A DNA stretch of 64,000 bases from assembly GCA_025965435.1 (NCBI GenBank), contig JAOPWZ010000020.1, forward strand, positions 960 through 64,959, written 5' to 3'. The notes under the pieces are model-generated. The model saw nothing but the letters and a program-made list of their open reading frames with translations, searched no databases and was not told where the DNA came from. Both the position numbers and the translations under genes were made by a program. Positions 58,485 to 64,000 of the stretch are shown piece by piece. The stretch's first letter is position 1, and the number at the start of each line of letters is the position of its first letter. Source of the stretch: Aeromicrobium sp. Its GTDB lineage: Bacteria; Actinomycetota; Actinomycetes; Propionibacteriales; Nocardioidaceae.

Positions 58485-59165
58485 CTAGGGCGTCGGCCCG
58501 ACCGAGCCCTGGAGTCGTCCGGAGCTGCTCTGGTGGGCCAGCTCGAGCTGCGGCGCGACCTCCGTCAGATGTCCGCGGCGCCACAGGGCGTGCACCCAGA
58601 ACGCGGCGAGAACCGACCCCAACGCGCCGAGCGCCATGTCGCTCAACGTGTCGGCGTACGCGCCGAGCCGTTCCGGCGACCAGCGCAGGAAGGCGAAGTA
58701 CTCGGCGATCTCCCACACGAGGGCGGCGCTGACCCCGAACGCGAGCGCTCGCTCGACGACGAAGCGCAGCGGGGTGGAGCGATGGAGCGTCAGCAGGATG
58801 ACCGCCGCGGTGAGCAGGCCCGTGTTGATGAGGTGCATCAGGTTGTCGAACGACTCCATGGAGTCGTAGAGGTTCAGGTAGTTGCCGAACATGTCGCTGA
58901 AGCAGACGAAGGTGATGAGGAAGTCGACCGTCCACGGGAACGACGCCCGCTGGCGCCACCACGTGAACCAGATGAACGGGACCGCGAACGCGGCGAGCGG
59001 ATAGCCGATCGCGCGCGGGACGAGTCCCTTCCCGTCCAGGTTGCCGAAGCCCGGCACGAGCAGGGCCAGCGTCACGAGCAGGACGAGACCGGTCTTGGCG
59101 GCGATGTCAGCGGACTTCAGGACGGGCGGCGCGGGGTACCGGGTGGCCACGGCGACGGACGTCAT
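58485..59165 (-). CDS. Membrane protein (DUF2238-like)
   Basis: Multiple TM helices; FDNLMH, WEIAEY, DTLSDM. Confidence 0.7.
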   Translation of the reverse strand: MTSVAVATRYPAPPVLKSADIAAKTGLVLLVTLALLVPGFGNLDGKGLVPRAIGYPLAAFAVPFIWFTWWRQRASFPWTVDFLITFVCFSDMFGNYLNLYDSMESFDNLMHLINTGLLTAAVILLTLHRSTPLRFVVERALAFGVSAALVWEIAEYFAFLRWSPERLGAYADTLSDMALGALGSVLAAFWVHALWRRGHLTEVAPQLELAHQSSSGRLQGSVGPTP

Positions 59166-59297
59166 GTCACGAGTTTAGAGGTGCGCGGCCTCCATTCCGG
59201 GAGCGGACGCGGGAATCGGCCACGTCGCCGGCTGCGCGGCGGTGCAGGTGCGCACTCGACCACCGGGAATGTCGGGGGGCTCGCCTAGGCTGGCGCC

Positions 59298-60689
59298 ATG
59301 GCCAGCACCAAGAGTGTCCGACCGGCGTACGTCTGTGCCGAGTGCGGCTGGACGACCAGCAAATGGGTCGGACGGTGTGGCGAGTGCCAGGCCTGGGGAA
59401 CGGTCGACGTGGCGGCTCCCGCCCGCGCCGGTCGCACCCAGGCGGCGCCGGTGTCCTCCCCGGCCGTGCCGATCAGCCAGGTGCAGGTCGAGTCCGCCAG
59501 GTCGGTCGGATCGGGCATCGGTGAGCTCGACCGGGTGCTGGGCGGCGGCGTCGTGCCGGGCGGGGTGCTGCTGCTCGCCGGCGAGCCCGGTGTCGGCAAG
59601 TCGACCCTGCTGCTCGAGGTCGCGGCCCGGTGGGCCAGGGCGGGACGACGGACGCTCTACGTCTCCGGCGAGGAGTCCGCAGCCCAGGTCCGCCTGCGGG
59701 CCGAGCGCACGGGCGCCGTCGACGACCACCTCTACCTCGCGGCCGAGACCGATCTCGGCGGCGTGCTGACCCACATCGAGTCGGTCGCGCCGACACTGCT
59801 GATCATCGACTCGGTCCAGACCATCGGCTCGGCCGACATCGAGGGCGTCCCGGGCGGGGTGACCCAGGTGCGCGAGGTCGCGTCCACGCTGATCCAGCGC
59901 GCCAAGCGCGACAACATCGCGACGCTGCTGGTCGGCCACGTCACCAAGGACGGCTCCGTCGCCGGACCGCGGGCGCTCGAGCACCTCGTCGACGTCGTCC
60001 TGCAGTTCGAGGGCGACCGCAGCTCCCGCCTGCGGCTGCTCCGGGCGGTCAAGAACCGGTTCGGGCCGGTCGACGAGATCGGCTGCTTCGACCTGGTCGA
60101 CGACGGCATCGTCGAGGTGCCCGATCCGACCGGGCTGTTCGTCTCCCGGCACGAGAAGCCCGTGTCGGGCACCTGCGTGACCGTCACGATGGAGGGCCGG
60201 CGTCCGCTCCTCGCCGAGGTGCAGGCGCTGAGTGTCGCCTCCTCGACGCCGTCGCCGCGCCGGACGTCCAGCGGCCTCGACTCCTCGCGGGTGGCGATGA
60301 TCCTCGCGGTGCTGACCAAGCACTGCCAGGTCAACCTCGGCCAGCTCGACGTCTACACGGCCTCGGTCGGCGGGGCGCGTCTCGTCGAGCCGTCGGTCGA
60401 CCTCGCAGTGGCGGTCGCGACGCTCTCGGCGGTGTCCGAGCGCGTCGCCCCGACCGATCTCGTCGCGATCGGCGAGGTCGGGCTGGCCGGCGAGGTGCGC
60501 AAGGTCAGCAATCTCGCGGCACGCCTGCGCGAGGCCGAGCGCATCGGTTTCAAGCGCGCCGTGGTGCCGGCGGGGTCCGAAGGGCTGGCCTCGTTCACCG
60601 GGGCGATGTCGATCTCGGCCGTCCACACGATCGGAGAGGCGATGCTCTGTCTCGATGCGTCACCGCGGCTGCTGCGACCCGTAGACTGA
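59298..60689 (+). CDS. radA: DNA repair protein RadA
   Basis: CAECG..CGEC zinc finger, GEPGVGKSTL, KNRFG. Confidence 0.97.
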   Translation: MASTKSVRPAYVCAECGWTTSKWVGRCGECQAWGTVDVAAPARAGRTQAAPVSSPAVPISQVQVESARSVGSGIGELDRVLGGGVVPGGVLLLAGEPGVGKSTLLLEVAARWARAGRRTLYVSGEESAAQVRLRAERTGAVDDHLYLAAETDLGGVLTHIESVAPTLLIIDSVQTIGSADIEGVPGGVTQVREVASTLIQRAKRDNIATLLVGHVTKDGSVAGPRALEHLVDVVLQFEGDRSSRLRLLRAVKNRFGPVDEIGCFDLVDDGIVEVPDPTGLFVSRHEKPVSGTCVTVTMEGRRPLLAEVQALSVASSTPSPRRTSSGLDSSRVAMILAVLTKHCQVNLGQLDVYTASVGGARLVEPSVDLAVAVATLSAVSERVAPTDLVAIGEVGLAGEVRKVSNLAARLREAERIGFKRAVVPAGSEGLASFTGAMSISAVHTIGEAMLCLDASPRLLRPVD

Positions 60690-60714
60690 CCCGGACCACA
60701 CTAAGGGGACCTGC

Positions 60715-61815
60715 ATGCCACCACCGGGTGATCGTCAGACGGCGAACGTCGACGCATCTGTTCGCCTGCGCGCGACCCTGTCGTCCGTCGCACCCGGTAC
60801 CGCGCTGCGAGAAGGCCTCGAGCGCATCCTGCGCGGCCGCACCGGTGCCTTGATCGTCGTCGGCAACGACAAGAGCGTCGAGGCGATCTCCACCGGCGGC
60901 TTCCGACTCGACGTGCCCTTCACGGCGACAGGCCTGCGCGAGCTGGCCAAGATGGACGGCGCGATCGTGCTCGACAAGGATGCGAGCCGCATCCTGATGG
61001 CCGGCGTCCACCTGATGCCCGATCCGTCGATCCCGACGCAGGAGACCGGTACCCGGCACCGCACCGCCGACCGGGTCGCGCGGCAGACCGGAGTCCCGGT
61101 CATCTCGGTCTCGGCGTCGATGCACATCATCGCGCTGTACCTGGAGAACCTGCGTCACGTGCTCGAGGACACCGCCGCCGTGCTCGGCCGCGCCAACCAG
61201 GCGCTCCAGACCCTCGAGCGCTACCGCAACCGGCTCGACGAGGTCTCCGACGCGCTGTCGGCCCTCGAGATCGAGGACCTCGTGACCGTCCGCGACGTCT
61301 CGGCGGTCGCCCAGCGCCTCGAGATGGTCAGCCGCATCGCCGGCGAGATCGACACGTACGTCCTCGAGCTCGGCACGGACGGACGACTCCTGGCGCTCCA
61401 GCACGAAGAGCTCATCGCCGGCGTCGACGCCGAGCGGGAGCTCATCGTCCGCGACTACATGCCGACCGGACGCCGCGGGCGTCCACTCGAGGCCGTGCTC
61501 GCCGAGCTGGCCGCGATCGAGGCCACCCATCTCGTCGACCTCGGCGCGGTCGCGCGGGCCCTGCGCATCGGCACCGCCGAGACCCTCGACGGCCCGCTCG
61601 CACCACGCGGCTACCGCCTCCTGGCGCGTATCCCCCGCCTGCCGATCCCGGTGGTCGAGGGCCTCGTCCAGCACTTCGGCTCGTTGCAGAAGCTGCTCGC
61701 GGCCAGCATCGAGGACCTGCAGACCGTCGACGGCGTCGGCGACCTGCGGGCCCGTGGCGTCCGCGAGGGACTGTCGCGGCTCGCCGAGTCCAGCATCCTC
61801 GAGCGGTACGTCTAG
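60715..61815 (+). CDS. disA: DNA integrity scanning diadenylate cyclase
   Basis: APGT, KMDGA, GTRHRTA, C-terminal HhH. Confidence 0.96.
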   Translation: MPPPGDRQTANVDASVRLRATLSSVAPGTALREGLERILRGRTGALIVVGNDKSVEAISTGGFRLDVPFTATGLRELAKMDGAIVLDKDASRILMAGVHLMPDPSIPTQETGTRHRTADRVARQTGVPVISVSASMHIIALYLENLRHVLEDTAAVLGRANQALQTLERYRNRLDEVSDALSALEIEDLVTVRDVSAVAQRLEMVSRIAGEIDTYVLELGTDGRLLALQHEELIAGVDAERELIVRDYMPTGRRGRPLEAVLAELAAIEATHLVDLGAVARALRIGTAETLDGPLAPRGYRLLARIPRLPIPVVEGLVQHFGSLQKLLAASIEDLQTVDGVGDLRARGVREGLSRLAESSILERYV

Positions 61816-61825
61816 CTCGCTGCCC

Positions 61826-62563
61826 CTAGGGCGGCGGTGCGGGTGCCTCGGTGGTCGGCACCGGAACGGGAGCCGGCGTCGCCGCGGGATCGGGTGTCGC
61901 TGCCGGTGCAGGTGTCGTCGGCGCCGGCGCCGGATCGAGGCTGAACGTCGTCTTGCCCGGCTCGCCCCCCAGCGTGCCGATCTGCAGGGTGTACTTGCCC
62001 GGGGTGGCGTAGCCCTCGTTGCTGGTGCAGTTCGAGCCGGAGCCACGCCCCGTCCACTGCACGGTCGTCAGCGTGGCCCACTGCGGCGAGAGCTCCACGG
62101 GGGCGTTCAGCAGGGACGACTTGCAGACCGTCGAGTCCCAGATGGCCGTGCCGTTGGCGCTGATGACCGCGATGGTGTCGGCGTCCTCGGGCTGCAACGT
62201 GCACGCCTTGGTCTCGGCCGAGCTCACGACCAGGCCGATGTCGACGGGCCCCTTGGTGGGCTGGCCGGAACGGACGGACGGCGTGATGCGCACCTTCTCG
62301 GGGTCGCAGGCCTTCGGTGCGGTCACCAGCGCCACGTCGACGAGCCCGTCGACCGTCACCTCCGGCACCGGCGGAGCGGTCGTGGTCGCTGCGGGCGACG
62401 CCGCGGTCTTGGTGGGGTCCGGCACAGCCTTGCCCTCGGCGTTGTCACCGTCGGATCCCGTCACCTGCAGGACACCCCACACCACGGCGATCACGACAGC
62501 CAGCAGCAGGAGTCGACGACGCCAGTAGATCTCGGCTGGCACCCTGCGCTGACTCACGGTCAC
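61826..62563 (-). CDS. Conserved membrane-anchored hypothetical protein
   Basis: IYWRRR followed by a TM helix, WDSTVC; start approximate. Confidence 0.75.
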   Translation of the reverse strand: MTVSQRRVPAEIYWRRRLLLLAVVIAVVWGVLQVTGSDGDNAEGKAVPDPTKTAASPAATTTAPPVPEVTVDGLVDVALVTAPKACDPEKVRITPSVRSGQPTKGPVDIGLVVSSAETKACTLQPEDADTIAVISANGTAIWDSTVCKSSLLNAPVELSPQWATLTTVQWTGRGSGSNCTSNEGYATPGKYTLQIGTLGGEPGKTTFSLDPAPAPTTPAPAATPDPAATPAPVPVPTTEAPAPPP

Positions 62564-62603
62564 ACGATATGCGGCCGCGGCCGCATGGGAAGATCGACGC
62601 GCC

Positions 62604-63500
62604 ATGTCGTCGCCCGCCCCGCTTCCGTTCGGGGACCTCGCGCGCCTGCACACCGACGTGACCGACTGGTTCGGGCGCGCCGCCCGTGACCTGCCGTGGC
62701 GCCGCGACGCGTCACCGTGGGCCGTCATGATCTCGGAGTTCATGCTCCAGCAGACCCCCGTGGCCCGGGTGCTCCCCGTCTACGCAGCATGGGTCGAGCG
62801 CTGGCCCACCCCCGCCGACCTCGCGGCGGAGCCGGCCGGGGAGGCCGTGCGGGCCTGGGGGCGTCTGGGCTATCCGCGGCGGGCGCTGCGGCTGCATGCG
62901 GCCGCCGGCGCGATCGTGCAGCGGCACGCCGGTGAGGTGCCGACGTCGAGGGAGGACCTGCTCGCCCTGCCGGGTGTCGGCGAGTACACGGCCGCCGCCA
63001 TCACCTCGTTCGCCCACGGCGGTCGCGCCGTCGTCATGGACACCAACATCCGCCGCGTCTTCGCCCGGGTCGTGTCGGGCGTCGAGTTCCCGGCCACCGC
63101 CGTGACGGCCGCCGAACGTCAGCTCGCGACGGCCCTGCTGCCGCACGAGGACGCCCACGTGTGGGCCGCGGCCACGATGGAGCTCGGAGCACTCGTCTGC
63201 ACGGCCCGCTCACCGCAGTGCCAGGTGTGCCCGGTTGCCGCCTTGTGCCGCTGGCGGGCGGACGGCTACCCGGCCCACGACGGACCGGCCCGGCGCGGCC
63301 AGTCGTGGGAGGGCACCGACCGTCAGTGCCGGGGCCGGCTCCTGGCCGTCCTGAGGGACGCGAGCGGCCCGGTGCCCAAGGCGGCCCTCGACGCCGTGTG
63401 GCCCGAGGCGTCACAGCGCGAACGCGCCCTGGACGGTCTGGTCGCCGACGGGCTGGTGGAGCCCGTCGGGGCCGGCATCTTCTCGTTGCCGGGGACATGA
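62604..63500 (+). CDS. mutY: A/G-specific adenine glycosylase
   Basis: RDLPWR, SEFMLQQT, LPGVGEYTA, DTN, Fe-S CTARSPQCQVCP..C. Confidence 0.95.
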   Translation: MSSPAPLPFGDLARLHTDVTDWFGRAARDLPWRRDASPWAVMISEFMLQQTPVARVLPVYAAWVERWPTPADLAAEPAGEAVRAWGRLGYPRRALRLHAAAGAIVQRHAGEVPTSREDLLALPGVGEYTAAAITSFAHGGRAVVMDTNIRRVFARVVSGVEFPATAVTAAERQLATALLPHEDAHVWAAATMELGALVCTARSPQCQVCPVAALCRWRADGYPAHDGPARRGQSWEGTDRQCRGRLLAVLRDASGPVPKAALDAVWPEASQRERALDGLVADGLVEPVGAGIFSLPGT

Positions 63501-63532
63501 CGAAGCCCCGCAGCCGGGGCTGCGGGGCTTCG
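63501..63532. terminator. Probable bidirectional terminator
   Basis: CGAAGCCCCGCAGCC / GGCTGCGGGGCTTCG between convergent mutY and clpC. Confidence 0.8.
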
Positions 63533-63548
63533 CCAGTGCTGGGTCAGC

Positions 63549-64000
63549 TCAGTCGACGCTGGGAGCGCCGGCCTCGACCGCCGGGGGCACGTCGGGCATC
63601 TCGAGCTCGAGCTCGGCCTTGTCGCGTCCCTCGAAGGTGAACACCGCCTCGGCGCCCACCCCCTCGACACCGACCAGGACGATCTGGCCCGGGTGGAGCT
63701 CGCCGTAGAGCAGCTTCTCGGCCATGACGTCCTCGATCTCGCGCTGCACGGTGCGGCGCAGCGGACGGGCACCGAGCACAGGGTCGAAGCCACGCTTGGA
63801 CAACAGGTCCTTGGCATCCATCGTGAGCTCGATGTTCATGTCCTTCTCGGCCAGACGCTTCTCCAGCGAGGAGATCATCATGTCGACCATCTGCAGGATC
63901 TCCTCCTGCGTCAACGGCGGGAAGACGATGATCTCGTCGACACGGTTGAGGAACTCAGGCCGGAAGTGCTGCTTGAGCTCGATCGACACGCGCTCCTTCA
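63549..64000 (-). CDS. clpC: ATP-dependent Clp protease ATP-binding subunit (3' end)
   Basis: FRPEFLNRVD, GARPLRR; begins outside the window. Confidence 0.93.
   Translation of the reverse strand, partial: KERVSIELKQHFRPEFLNRVDEIIVFPPLTQEEILQMVDMMISSLEKRLAEKDMNIELTMDAKDLLSKRGFDPVLGARPLRRTVQREIEDVMAEKLLYGELHPGQIVLVGVEGVGAEAVFTFEGRDKAELELEMPDVPPAVEAGAPSVD

Overview
High-GC actinobacterial chromosome segment; gene content and order suggest Nocardioidaceae, possibly Aeromicrobium-like (inference). It is mostly core respiratory and cofactor genes: nuoA-G, menaquinone genes menG/F/D/C/E/A, system II cytochrome c biogenesis, hemL, rex-hemA-hemC-hemD-hemB, a BldN/RsbN-like ECF sigma/anti-sigma pair, bS22, acuC, proC, ppx, radA-disA, mutY and the end of clpC. 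A few accessory cassettes are interleaved. The most interesting signals are non-genic. (1) An AbiEi-N/DUF559-like gene (27048-28037) is enclosed by perfect 25-bp inverted arms plus a directly repeated 32-bp core; a 94-bp gene-less 'empty' copy with identical spacing lies at 23037-23130, suggesting an autonomous/non-autonomous element pair with no recognisable transposase. (2) Five gene junctions are spanned by unannotated mini-ORFs (7-37 aa) that overlap both neighbours by RTGA; two of them share conserved ends and fold into hairpins, like MIRU-type coupling-preserving inserts. (3) REP-like motifs and 18-bp tandem expansions have been absorbed into gene termini. Rex boxes and two matching BldN-type promoters are also visible. 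All calls were made by eye, with no database searches.
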